Position numbers and translations under genes: made by a program | Shown here: positions 26,621-39,455 of the stretch, one piece after another | Numbering within the stretch: the first letter of the stretch is position 1 | Layout: each line of letters starts with the position of its first letter | Assembly (NCBI GenBank): GCA_013265495.1 | Contig: MU057487.1 | Span: 1,146,060 to 1,210,059, forward strand | Direction of reading: 5' to 3' | From: Vicugna vicugna | Lineage: Eukaryota | DNA: 64,000 bases | Notes under the pieces: model-generated | What the model saw: only the letters and a program-made list of their open reading frames with translations | What the model was told of the DNA's origin: nothing | The model's database searches: none

Positions 26621-27198
26621 TGCTGTAACCCTCTTCTTCTTCCAAGTTCAACTATTAATCAGTATTTGGGGATCTAGTATTCTCCACTTCTTACTTTGCC
26701 TTTCAGTAATAATATTGAACCATGATGTTTCCATGGACATACCTTATGTTTCTCACCTCTGTGCCTTTCCTGGTAATATTCCCTCTACCTTGAATTCCAT
26801 TCTTCATTTAACTAGATTACTCCTACTTATCTTTCAAAAATCACCTCATCCCTCGCTCCTTCTGATCAGAACTTTTTCTTATGATTGACCATATAGTTTA
26901 AAGTATTTTAATAGATTTCTTTCCCACAAAGAACCATATGGTTACAGATTATGTCTTTTTCAGCTTTGTACCCTTGGCTCTTAATAATATGTGCCTGGAA
27001 TGGCGCTAAACCTTCTAAATCAATTTCATGAAGTTTGTGTTTCCACTACATAGTGAGTCTGATGAGTTAATAGAATAACCTTCATTTGACTCTTCAGTAT
27101 CATCTGTATTTATAATATTCAGCTTTTTACAGTCTCTTTAATTTTTATTTGTAAGATGTCTGTCATTTCTCATGGACATCTTTATGTATTCCATCAGC

Positions 27199-29740
27199 TT
27201 TCTTTTTATTTTTAAATTTTTTTCCAACTTTATTGAGATATAATTGACATGTAACATTGTGTAAATTTAAGGCGTACAAAGTGATGATTTGATACATGTT
27301 TCTTTGGGAGATGATTACCTCAATTAGGTGAGTTAACACATCCATCACCTCACATAGTTACTTTTTTTTAAAGGTGACAATATTTAAGATCTACTGTCTT
27401 ACAGCTTCCAAGTATACAATACAGTATTGTTAACTATAGTTACCATGCTGCAGATATCCCCAAAACTTATTCACCTTATTACTGTAAGTTTATATCCTTT
27501 GTCCAACATCTCTCCATTTTCCCCACCCCCCAGTTCCTGATAACCACCACCATATTCTCCGTGTCTGAGAGGGTTTTTTAGATGCCACGTATAAGTGTCA
27601 TTGTACATTATATATCTTTCTCTGTCTGACTTATCTCACTTATCATAATGCCCTCAACATCATCTATGTTACTGCAAATGGCAGGATTTCCTTCTTTTTA
27701 TGGCTGAATAATATTCTGTTGTGTATATGTACACATGTTCTTCATCCATTTATCCATTGATAGACACTTAGGTTGTTTCTCATCTTGCTATTGTTCATAA
27801 TGCTGCAATGAACATGAGGGTGCAAATGTCTTTTCAAAATAATGATTTTATTTCTTTCACATATATCCCTAGAACTGGAGTTGCTGGGTCGTATGGTAGT
27901 TCTATTTTTAATTTTTTGAGGAAACTTCATACTGTTTTCTAACGTGCCTGTGCCAATCTACACTCCCACCAGCAGTGCACAAGTATTCCTTTTTCACCAC
28001 GTACTCCCCAGCACTTGTTATTTCTTGTTTTTTTGATGATGGCCATTCTAACAGGTGTGAAGTGGTATCTAATCATGATTTTAACTTGCATTTCCTTAAT
28101 GATCAGTGATGTTGAGAATATTCCATATATCTGTTGCCCATTCGTATGTCTTCTTTGGAAAATGTCTATTCAAATCCTCTGCTCAGGTTTTAATCAGTTT
28201 GTGTGGGGTTTTTTGTGTTGTTGTTATAGGGTTGTATAAGTTCTTTATATATTTTGGATATTAACTCCTCATCAGCTATATGATTTGCAAATATTTTCTC
28301 CCATTCACTGGGTTGCCTTTGCATTTTGTTAATGGTTTCTATTGCTCTGCAGAAGCTTTTTAGTTTTATGGGGACCCACTTTTTTTTTCCTGCTTTTGTT
28401 ATCTTTACTTTTGGTGTCAGATTTTTAAAAAATCATTGCCAAAACTGATGTCAGGCAGCTTACTGCCTATGTTTTCTTCCAGGAGATAAAATTCCTGGAA
28501 GAGTTTTAGGTCTTATATTCAAGTCCTTAATCCATTTTGAGTTGATTTTTGTGTATTATGTAAGACAGTGGTCCAGTTTCATTCTGTTGCATATGGCTCT
28601 CCAGTTTTTTCAACATCATTTATTGAAGAGACTGCCATTTTCCCATAGTATATTCTTGGCTCCTTTGTCGTTAATTAATTGATCATATATGCATGGCTTT
28701 ATTTCTGGGTGCTTGATTCTATTCCACTGATCCACATAATGGCAATACCACTCTGTTTTGATTACTATAGTAATATAGTTTGAAATCAAGGAGCATAATG
28801 CCTCCAGCTTTGTTTTTCTTCTCAAGACTGTTTTGGCTGTTCAGGGTCTTCTTTAAATGTTAGGATTGCTTGCCCTGGGTTTGCGAAAAATGCCATTAGA
28901 ATTTTGATAGGGATTGCACTGAATCTGTAGATCACTTTGGCTTGTATGCACATTTTAACAATATTGATTCTTCCAATCCAAGAACACCATATATCTGTCC
29001 ATTTATTTGTGTCTTCTTCAATTTTTTCATCAATATCTTACCATTTTCAGTGTACAGATATCTCACTTCCTTGGTTAAATGTATTCCTAGATATTTTATT
29101 CTTTTTATGCAGTTGTAAATGAGACTGTTTTCTTAATTTCTCTTTCTGATAGTTCGTAATTAGTATATAGAAAGAATATTGATTTTATATCCTGAAACTT
29201 TACTGAATTTGTTCATTAGTTCCAAAAGTTTTTTGGTGGCATCTTCAAGGTTTTCTATATATATCATGTCATCTGCAAATAGTGACAATTGTACTTCTTC
29301 TTTTCCAATTTGGATGCCTTCTCTTCTTTCTCAGATGCTCTGGCTAGGACTTCCAATATTATGTTAAATAAAAGTGGTGACAGTGAGCAACCTTGTCTTG
29401 TTCCTGATCTTAGAAGAAAAGCTTTTAGCTTTTTGCGACTGAATATGATGTTAGCTGTGGGCTTGTCATATATGGCCTTAATTATGTTGTGGTGTATTTG
29501 CTCTATATGCACTTTGTTGAGGGCTTTTATCATAAAGGGAAGTTGAATTTTGTCAAATGCTTTTTCTGCATCTAATGAAATGGTTGTATGACTTTTATCC
29601 TTCATTTTGTTAATGTGGTGTACCACATTGATTGATGTGTGCATGTTAAGTATTTGTTGCATCCCTGGAATAAATCCCACTGATCATAGTATATGACCTT
29701 TTCAATGTATGGTTGAATTTGGTTTGCTAATATTTTGTTT
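27199..29740 (-). mobile_element. L1 (L1MA9-like), 5'-truncated, decayed ORF2 RT region plus 3'UTR
   Basis: ORF 29264..29680 GFIPG...[12 protein letters not shown]...[25 protein letters not shown] 28616..28825 WNRIKHPEI; 3' end ctttattgagatataattgacatg with T-rich tail; many frameshifts and stops. Confidence 0.95.
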
Positions 29741-30029
29741 CAACATGTTATAGCTAAAATTTTCAGAGGTTACGTCTCATGTGAGTCAAGGAACAGATTC
29801 AGTTCCAGAAATTTGTGTTAGGATTTTAGTTAGCCTCACATAATTTTAGCTACTTGCATGATGTAAATCCCAGCCTCATTCTCTCCCTAGATTTATCTAG
29901 GAGGCTAAAGTCATCCAGGAAGTCTGCTGTTTGAAAGGAGAGTGGATGGGAAGGACTAGAGGAAAGAACATGACTATAGCATGTTAGAGGCTTTTGGCTT
30001 TCTGTTAGCAAAATAAACCTCAGTGGTAC

Positions 30030-30500
30030 TGTTACAGGTTGAATTGTGTCACCCAAAAATAGATATAATGAAGTTCTCACCTCCAGTACCTCAGAATGTA
30101 ACCTGTAACCTTATTTGGAAATAGAGTCTTTATAGAGATAATCAAGTTAAAATAAGGTCATTAGAATGGGCTCTAAATCAATATAACAATGTTCCTTTTA
30201 CCAGGAGGAAATTTGGACACTGAGACAGACATTCACGAGGGAAGACGATATGAAGGAAGAATGACAGGTGAAGATAAAGGCAGAGATTAGGGTAATGCAT
30301 CCTCAAGGCAAGGAATGTCAAAGATTGTCAGCAAATCACCAGAACCTAGGAGAGAGGCCTGAAACAGATTCTAATCGACAGCTCTCAGAAGGAACCAATC
30401 CTACTGACACCTTGATCTTAAATGTTTACTGTCCAGAACTGTGGGACAATAAATTCCTCTTGTTTAAGCCGAGCCACCCCTTTTGTGGTACTTTGTTACA
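30030..30500 (+). mobile_element. MaLR LTR, MLT1C/B-like
   Basis: tgttacaggttgaattgtgtcacccaaaa...ccttatttggaaatagag...aataaattcctcttgtttaagcc...gtggtactttgttaca. Confidence 0.9.
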
Positions 30501-31529
30501 TATGAGTATCTTCAAGAAGTTTTAGAACAAATCTGAGCTTCTTGTCAATAAATAAGGCAATTCCCAACACTTTCTTTCATTGGGCACCATGTTGACAGAA
30601 GCAGTTCACAGTGAAAACAGCTAGTTAGAACCTCCACCTGTGATTTTATAGCCTCACAGGGAAAATTTGCAAATAATTTTATAAAGACATTACATCTGGT
30701 GTTTCCTAACATATTGCCATCATTTGCTAAAAGAAGGTTAATATTTTTTTTTCCGGAGAGAATGGGTTTTTTTTTTTTTTCTGCCAGAAACCTGACACCT
30801 GATTCATAAACGATCATTAAAATTTTTTATTCTTGGCTTCTAAGACACATCTAAATGTTCAGAATGGATTGTTTACCCATCAGTACACAGTTAAGTTCCC
30901 ATTAAAACATTCTCAAATATCAAGAAAGTGTTTTATTTTAACAACAATTAATAATTCACCTAATGGCTAACTTTGACGGTCTGATGAGAAGTGTGGTGGA
31001 AGATTCTTATTGAGGTTTTGAAAAAAGACAAAAACATGACATGAATCATAGTTGGGATCTATATTAATAGTCACATTACCAAAAAATATACAGAACTAAA
31101 AAGTTAAACATTTACTATGTTCTTGAGGAAACTGAGAATGTTAATCCAATGTATTAATGTTGAACACTGAAGTCCCCTCTAGGCAAAAAGGCAGAAGCAA
31201 ATGTGCTCCCCTGAACTTAACTTTTTCCAGACTGATGGAATCTGAGGGATGTTCTGAGCCAGCAGACAGGTGACTCCTATGCACCCTCAGAGAGAACCGT
31301 ATGTCTTTTTGTAGAACCTAACAGTCACTGATCCCGTTCCTGGGCTTACTATGCCTCCCTTCCTTCCTTTTTTAGTATAAATATGTTTTTCTATTAAAGT
31401 AATACATGTTTGAAGTTTTAAAGGAGCCCCATTGTTTGTGCACAGAACTGTCAAAATGAAGAAGTATTTTGAAGCAGGCATCCTGTTTCTTATTTTCTCA
31501 ATTCTGAATATGAATTTAGCAGCATAATA

Positions 31530-31790
31530 TACTGGTTGGGTACATGTTCCAGAACCAAATAGCCCTTGTCTTAAACTGACACATTCTCTTATTAGCTGTA
31601 CATAACTTTAGGAGTAGTACTTAGCCATTCGGTGCTTCCTCACCTGTAATTAAGGATGACAATTGTACATCCATCATTGGTCTGAGAACCAAAAAAAAAA
31701 AAAAAAAAAAAAAAAAGATGGTACCTGAAGAGCACATAGCATAGGGACAACTATCTGGTAAATACTTAAAAAGTGTAAGCTAATAATAGT
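31530..31790 (+). mobile_element. MIR SINE containing an A26 run (31691-31716)
   Basis: cttcctcacctgtaattaaggatgacaat core and MIR-like tail. Confidence 0.6.
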
Positions 31791-31809
31791 GCTTATAAAG
31801 AAAGAAACC

Positions 31810-32040
31810 ACCAATTATATGATATTCTAGAAATGTCAAAACTATAACAATGGTAAAAAGATCAGTGGTTTCCAGGAGAATGAGGCAGACAGGCATTAGG
31901 TGAGGGTTGAGGCACATTTTAAAGGTGGTATAACTACTCCTTATGATACTATAATGGCAGATATATGACAGCACACATTTGTCAAAACTTATAGAACATT
32001 ATAATATAAAGATTGAAACTTACTGTATGAAAAATTTTTT
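31810..32040 (+). mobile_element. L1MC-like 3'UTR fragment
   Basis: ccaattatatgatattctagaaatgtcaaaactata...atgatactataatggcagatatatgaca...catttgtcaaaac. Confidence 0.7.
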
Positions 32041-32473
32041 TAAACTTATTTTGGAGGTCAGGGTATACCTTGGCACATTCAAAAACTTTACCACCCAGTT
32101 TAACTTACCTACAAGGAAATCTTATAGATGTCAGTGACTTTCATACTCAGCCTGCAGTTCCTAACACTCTAACTTCTCTGTTATTAAGCACTCTTTGATT
32201 CATAGCCCAAAGGTCAATTTGCTCTTTCTAATCAGTGAAAAACTATTTAAAAAGTAAGAGGTCAGTCACAAATTACATTAACTTATTAGTAACACAAATC
32301 CACACATGACCATTTTTCCCAATATAAATTAGGTTTCCCATCACTTACGTCTCCTGGGTTTAGTTCTTTGCCTTCAAGTCAGAATGTACATATTTAGCTT
32401 TTTCTCAAGTAAATCCTCTTCTAACAAACTTGACCATGCATAGTAGATTTTATGTGGTACAATTTTCTTTTTT

Positions 32474-32941
32474 CTTCTTTTTTTTTTAACTTTTTTTATT
32501 GAATAATAGTCATTTTACAATGTTGTGTCAAATTCCAACGTAGAGCACAATTCTTCAGTTTTACATTAACATATTCATTGTCACATTTTTTTTCGCTATG
32601 AGCTACCACAAGATATATTTCCCTGTGCTGTACAGTATAATCTTGTTGATCTATTCTACATTTTAAAAGCCCAGTCTGTCCCTTCACATCCCCCGCCCCC
32701 TTGGCAACCACAAGTTTGTATTCTATGTCTATGAATCTGTTTCTGTCTATGAGTCTGTTTCTGTTTTTTATTTATGGGTTTTTTTTAGATTCCACATATG
32801 AGTGATCTCGTATGGTATTTTTCTTTCTCTTTCTGGCTTACTTCACTTAGAATGACATTCTTCAGGAACATCCATGTTGCTGCAAATGGCTTTATGTTAT
32901 CAGTTTTTGTGGCTGAATAGTATTCCACTGTATAAATATAA
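32474..32941 (-). mobile_element. Young lineage-specific L1 3' end with long perfect TSD
   Basis: TSD atgtggtacaattttctttttt at 32452-32473 and 32942-32963, the second followed by aa (TTTT/AA endonuclease site); T-rich tail; L1 3'UTR ttagattccacatatgagtgat. Confidence 0.93.
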
Positions 32942-34467
32942 ATGTGGTACAATTTTCTTTTTTAAATGTGAAGGTGCAAAACAGTCATTTAATAGTTTCC
33001 TGTATTATTTCCAGGAAGTTGTTCCTTCCCTGTCTACTGTAACATAGAAATGCACCTCTCTGAATTGAAGCTTTTTGTGAAGCCTTTGCTTTGGGGGCTT
33101 GAAGGTGACTACAAAGCAGAGAGAGGAGAAGAAACAGTAGAGACAGGTAGTTGAGCTCCCCCGTCATACAGTTTTTGAAGGAGCTGTTTGCATATGGTTA
33201 TACATCCCATCCATCTCTCCTCTGTACACTCAAGGTTACATTCCATAATCTCCTCATTAGTGTTCTCAGATCTTGCATGTAGAATCTGATATGAATATCA
33301 TATAAGCATAACTTAGAATTTTATGATTCTTCACAAGGTCCTAAAACACCTGGAGACAAAGGCTCTTGACTTAGATGGTGCAGGGAGAAATATAGATGAA
33401 AGGAGAGAGACTGAGAAAGTTTACCACTTCTCAAGTGCTCAAAACCAGCTCATCTATTCCCAAGCCCAGTGGGCTTCCCCCCACACTGAACATCTCCGTG
33501 TACACACCACCCTGAGCCAACTTGAATTTACATTTGGTTGATATGAGCCCTTATTTTGTTCAGGGTGAGTATTCCCTTTTTCCTTAAAGTATAAACTGAT
33601 GTGGCAATTTGGTGATCATCTTAGAGTTCCTGTCTTGTTCACTGGAAAGAAAAGACTTCCTCTGGGGACTGGTAAAGGGAACCAGCCTTGTGTCCAGGTT
33701 GAAACTCTAATTTGAAAATTCCTCCCAACCGAGATTCCACCCTGCCCAAATTCCTGTACAGTATGGCTTCTGAGAGAAATGGAAAAAGCAAGTGGAGCCA
33801 GTTTGTATGTCTAATATATTTGGTAATTCACAAGTCTTACAAAACCTCATGTAACTGTGAGCTTGGTGGCTATGGTTGAGGGTGTGTGTGTGACTGTTGG
33901 GTTGGGTTGCCCTTTCATGCATCTGAAAGTCAGTTACGAAAGGAAGTTAAGCTATTTTGTGGTGCTCAAACTCTTTCAACCATGGTACTTATGACAACTG
34001 CTATTGCATGCTTTATCAAATGGCATCTGGACTTAAATTGAGATAATAGCTGTTTTTTTTGAAATTAAATGTAAAAACAAGGTTATACATATTGGAGATG
34101 CTAGATCCCCATGGAAGCATGAGACAACATGGTATAGAAGACAACATAGCTATTTATACCTCACATCTCCTCCAATTCTGGAAGCTGGCTTAACTCCATA
34201 ACTAATCCCGATTGTGTCTAGCTGAACGTATCTTGTTCTATTTCCCAGAATAGAACCCGGTGAATTGACATGTCCCTCGTTGTCCTCATTCTATAGCGTC
34301 CAAGGGAGACCAGATTATTTTAGTCAAACCTCAGAAATGTGTCTGCCCTGGGGCAAACCAAGCAATCCATTTAATACCTTAATTTTTCCAACCACACCAG
34401 GCCTGATCTAAAACTAACCCTTCCATACAAAGTGGCCCAAATCTGGTGTCTGAATACAGGCCATTTA

Positions 34468-34585
34468 TTTTTTTATTTTTTAATAAATTTTATTATTATT
34501 TTTTAATGGAGGTCCTGGGGATTGAACCCAGGACCTCATGCATGTTAAGCACAAGCTTTACCACTGAGCTATATCCTCATCCACC
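34468..34585 (-). mobile_element. tRNA-Ala-derived SINE (camelid vic-1-like, short form)
   Basis: tggaggtcctggggattgaacccaggacctcatgcatgttaagc...ccactgagctatatcc; TSD tacaggcc(a/c)ttta at 34455-34467 and 34586-34598. Confidence 0.9.
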
Positions 34586-35999
34586 TACAGGCCCTTTAAA
34601 GTCTTCTCCAAGGAAAGTCATAAGACTGGCCCACTCTGGTATGATCCTTCTTTCCTCTACTGCCATCACCCCTGCCCAGATCCCACCCCTAGACTGGCCT
34701 ACTGAGTGCAGGATTCAAAACAGAGGTTCAGAGATATCCTCATTAAAATGTTTTGCAAATTTTGGTCAAAATTACATTATTAATTGTGGTATTTTGTTCA
34801 GTTCCCAGCCACGGTAATTCTATTCAGTTCACTAAATTGTGTCTTTGCAGTTTTAATTGAACTCCTTTTTTTCATTATTAAATACAGTAGCCAAAAAAAC
34901 TATACATCTGCTAGTTTTCACCCCACAAATGGATATATATTTTCTGGTAGGTGAAGCAATACTCTGCTTCCTCCCTCTCCCTGCCACAGATTTGACTCCT
35001 GTAAGAACCACTCTCACTCTCGAGGACCTGAAAAATTGCCAGTGTCTTTCAGTCTAAATCCTTTAAACTTTAAACATTATTATTCTTTTGACACATTGTT
35101 TTTTATACCATGTTATTGTTGAGCAGTGGTATGTGGAAGGAACAAGTGATTACAGAAATGAGCAAGCCTCTCCAAAAAGAAGAAACAGAAAAAATAAAGG
35201 TGACATTGAGGGCTGAGTAGAATCCCTTTTTTTTTTTTTTAAAGCCCCAAGCTAAAGCAAACTGAAAACTGCTCATCCCACTGTGAAGGAATGCTCAGTA
35301 AAACAGGATTTCCTTTTTTTTTTTTTTAGGTTATTTCATGTGTACTAAGTTTATAGAAAAACAGTCTCTGCTTTTATAGAGTCTGAGAATCCTTGCTTTA
35401 CCACAGGAAGAAATCTGCAGACTGTCAGGTTCTGAACAGCTGTGGGTTCATTCATCAGCTAGAACGTAGCAGGATGACGGGCCGGGGGTGTCAGGCTTGG
35501 AGGAGTCGTAGGAATAAACACTTCGTGATACGTCGTAGTGATAATGTTCTATTTAGTCTTTTTCCCCAAAATGACCCTTTGCCACTTTCTCCATTCACTT
35601 TCTATTCCCCTGTATAAATCCTTTAATTTTACTTATTACAGAAATGCTTAGGAGAAGACCTGGTTTTTAGGGATTCAATCATCTTTCTACTCATTGCTGT
35701 CTTCATAAAATTTTAGACTAGTAGAAATTCAGTAAACTACTAAGTGACAGCGTCACATCTGCTACCAGTGGCTGTTACTGAACAGAAGCAAGGGCGTTAC
35801 CTTGACATTTAGTGATAGGACTTTAGCAATTGGCAGTTCTCAGCCTCAGGAGAGATTTTAAGAGGGAGTGAATTTGAAAGCCTCTACAAGAAGTGGAAAT
35901 TCTCCAAATATCGTATATTTAAGCATTTTTGCATTACGTCAAAATTTAAGGTATGTATTCTTGGGCTTACAAAAAAAAAAACAATAGATGTTCTCCTAG

Positions 36000-36270
36000 T
36001 CAACAGTCAACAAATGTTTACTGGGTGCCTGTCATATGCCAGGAAATTTTGTAGGCAGTAAGGATGTGATGGAAACAAGCAATGTCCCTGTTCTCAATAT
36101 AAACTCTTACATTCAGAAAAGGAGAGATAGAGGATGAATGTGTAAATAGACAAGATCATTTCAGGAGATAGTAAGTGCCATGAAGAAGATAAATAAGTGT
36201 AACTTTGGGTACTGCTTGAATTAGGTGATCTGGAAAGGGCACTGATGAGGTGGAATTTGAATTGAGACCT
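36000..36270 (-). mobile_element. L2 3' end
   Basis: tcaacaaatgtttactgggtgcctgtcatatgccagg...gtccctgttctc. Confidence 0.7.
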
Positions 36271-37919
36271 GTTAAGGTCATTTACATATCTGACCATGCC
36301 TTTATAAATGCATAGCTGGCTCTCCCACAAGGTAAATGTGAAATGGATATTTCTGGATATGGGCCCTTCCTCCACACCTCTCTCCAGGTATCATTCCTTT
36401 TGTTTGTTTGGGTTTTCTCTCTGTTTTTTCCCCTCTGTCTCCCAATCTAACTTTCTTTTCTTTCCACCTTTAAGTCTACACATCATTCTCCTTTTTCTTC
36501 TCTCTCCCCTTCCCCTTTTCCCTTATATCTTCCATTTTGCTCTTTCCGCCTCTTCTCCTCAAGCCCATTGCTTCCTCTCTGCGATGTTTTCCTTGGCTTC
36601 TTAAAAATTGTGTCCTCTGGCCCACTGGTACCCCCAAGTCTCTCTTCCAACATTTTCCTTCTTATTCTCTGTAACATAAAGTAAACTTAATCAAAACTCT
36701 GTGTTTTTTGTGGAATTTAACATAGTCTTATGTTTGTGTCTCTAAAGGAGTTATGTCATTCTCCAATTACTTTGGCCTTTGAGTTCTCTGTCTGTGCCAC
36801 TCATGGGGGAAAAAAATTGAGATATGCAGTGTTATACCAGGTAAATAATATGTAAATATTTGAAAAGTTTTGTTGTAATTCTCCTGAATGCCTGTGAAAC
36901 ACAGCACTATATTATATATTTGGAGGAAGCATATGCTCCAGTTTTATGCTTTTAACTGCAATCTCATCAATGTGTTTTAATGATTTTCTTTAAAATAAAA
37001 GTATGAAATTATCTGTACTTATTATGAAAGTTGTCTCCATAGAACTTTTATTAAAACTGGGAAGGCTTAATATATCCACAGTAGGACACACTGAAAATAT
37101 TTATTTTAAACTACAGCCTCATAAAGAATGTACTTTTCCTTAGAAAAGAACTCTATACAGAATTACTTGTATTAACTTCATTCTAATAAAATGGAAGTGC
37201 ATTTTACAAATTAATACATAAAGTAACACATTCTAGAAGGTTATTTCTAATTTTTGTTGTAATTTTCTTCAATGAAACTATTAGTTTGAAACTATCTGTG
37301 AATTCAAGAAATGACCTGAATAAGACTGGGTAAAAATAAGAAAGATCAATATTCTTTTTCTAACTACATAAACAGTTAAACAATGTCGAAAGGGACTCAC
37401 TGTAAAGATATTTCACCCCATTACGTTCTCATTTCAGAAACATGTAAATACTGCTTGTTTATCTGGTAACATATATAGTAATAAGACGCATCCTCAAACT
37501 GATGAAACTCCTCCACGTTGAGAAGATTCTACTACCACTGACATTATTCTCAGGCCAATAACCATTCCTTCATACGCTCACGTGGTGTCCCATCTTGCTG
37601 ACAATGCTGGTCTTGGAGGGTTATTGTTTGGCCTCGCAGCATAAACAGGAATTTTTTTTTCTTAAAAGGGGGTACACCTTTGCCTTCTGAATTTAGGGAA
37701 AGACAGGCTTATCTCCCAGCAAGCAAATATTTCTAAGAGGAAATTCTAGGTGTGAGCGGACTACAGGGAGACAAAAGCACCAGCTGAGTCCCTGGGATGA
37801 GGCAGAAATCTGGGGCATCGTCTACTGGGTGCTTGTCTCACTTCTCGCTAGAACTTCTAGGGGTCATTCTAGCACAGACTGATTAAAGATGATTTTCATC
37901 ATGTTCTCAAGCAAAAACC

Positions 37920-38085
37920 TACTAAGTCCTTTCCACTCTTCTGGCATAAATTCTTTGTGCCTCCATTTCCTCAGCTTGAAAATAGGAATAGGATCAATCT
38001 CATGATGTTGCTGTGGGGATTGAATTAATTAATTCACGTAAAACACTTAGAATCCTGCCTGAAACATATTTATCAACGAATGACA
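37920..38085 (+). mobile_element. MIR SINE
   Basis: tgtgcctccatttcctcagcttgaaaatagga...gttgctgtggggattgaa. Confidence 0.65.
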
Positions 38086-38529
38086 GCAAGTTTCCTTACA
38101 GCTGTTGCTGCTGTTGTGGTAGCTAATAGGACCAGATGCAGATATGGTACTACTTATGCAGTTGTGAGACTTAAAAGAATCTGTAAATCTATACATCTGA
38201 AACGTATACACAATCTAGATGCTACAAATATCCAAGTTTCCCATCTTTTTCTAAGATCATTGTCAGAGACATTTCATAATCAAACTCGTCTTTCTAATTA
38301 CCTAGAAAGAAAGCCTGATAAGTCTAGTTTTATTTTATGTATTTTAGGCAACTGCCTGAAAATGTTTTAAGGAATAGAGAAGACAAATTCAAATTATGCC
38401 CCTAGTTTTCAGGGGAACAACTAATATAAGAGACTATTATCAACTATGGGAGAGTCATTCAGAAACTATGGGATTTGTCATGTAGAACAGATTAAGGAGG
38501 ACTTTGGCCATTTTGGTAAATTGTTTACG

Positions 38530-39455
38530 CAATGGCAGACTTAGTATCCTTCTCTGCACCATGGGGAGTCCCCTCCTATGCTGACTCTGGGTCTGGCTAT
38601 GTGACTTGTCTGGAATAATAGCAAATGTGATGCAAGCAGTAGAGTGAAAGGTGCTTATATTAGTCAAGTTCTCAAGAAAAACAGAACCAATAGACTTTGA
38701 TAGTATATGAAATTATATTAATATGTAATATTAATATTACATTATTGTGCTAAAATACATTGTTAATATTATATTAAGACATTATATAATATTGATGTAT
38801 TTATAATATAGTAATATTACATATCATTTGTATATATAAAACCTATTGGTTCTGTTTCTTTGGAGAACCCTAAAACAAGCACCTTTCACTTCTCTGCTTC
38901 TATCACATTTTTACATTTTTCTCTCATTTTATCTCTGTCTCTCTCATCCTTTATTTATTTGAAAGAATTGGCTCACGTGATTATGGAGGCTAAGAGATTT
39001 CATGATCTGCCAAATGAAAATTAAATGCCCAGAAGAGTTGGTGGTGCAAGTTCCAGTCCGAGTACAGAAGACAGATGTCCTAGCTCAAAAACAGTCGGAG
39101 GGCAAATTCTCTCTTCCTCACTCCACCTTTTGTTCTATTCAGGCCCCCAGTGAATTGGATGAGGCTCACTCACAATGGGGAGAGTAATCTTCTTTACTCA
39201 GACTAACAATTAAAAGATCAGTCTCATCCCGAACACCCTCACAGACACACCCAGAATAATGTTTAACCAAATATCTGGGCACCTGTGACGCTATCAAGTT
39301 GACACATAAAGCCAACCACCGCAATGTTTGTCAGCGGGCTTCCCTTCTTTTATTGGACCCTTCCTCCATCGAGCGAACAAATCCAGGTGAGCCTGCTGGA
39401 GGCTGAGAGACCACATGCAGAGAGAGACAGCGAGGCTAGCCTGTCTCAGCTGAGA
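38530..39455 (+). mobile_element. MaLR LTR (MLT1F/G-like), split by an MLT2 insertion
   Basis: ctggctatgtgacttg...agcaaatgtgatgcaagcag (to 38655) resumes at 39324 with gcctgctggaggctgagagaccacatg. Confidence 0.65.
38656..39323 (-). mobile_element. ERVL LTR, MLT2B-like
   Basis: tatattagtcaagttctcaagaaaaacagaaccaatag...gaattggctcacgtgattatggaggct...cacccagaataatgtttaaccaaatatctgggcac...aagttgacacataaagccaaccaccgca. Confidence 0.88.

Noticed and set aside
31691..31716. A26 run as a truncated retro-insertion
   Set aside because: No flanking TSD. It sits where MIR has a short A run, so slippage expansion is the simpler explanation.
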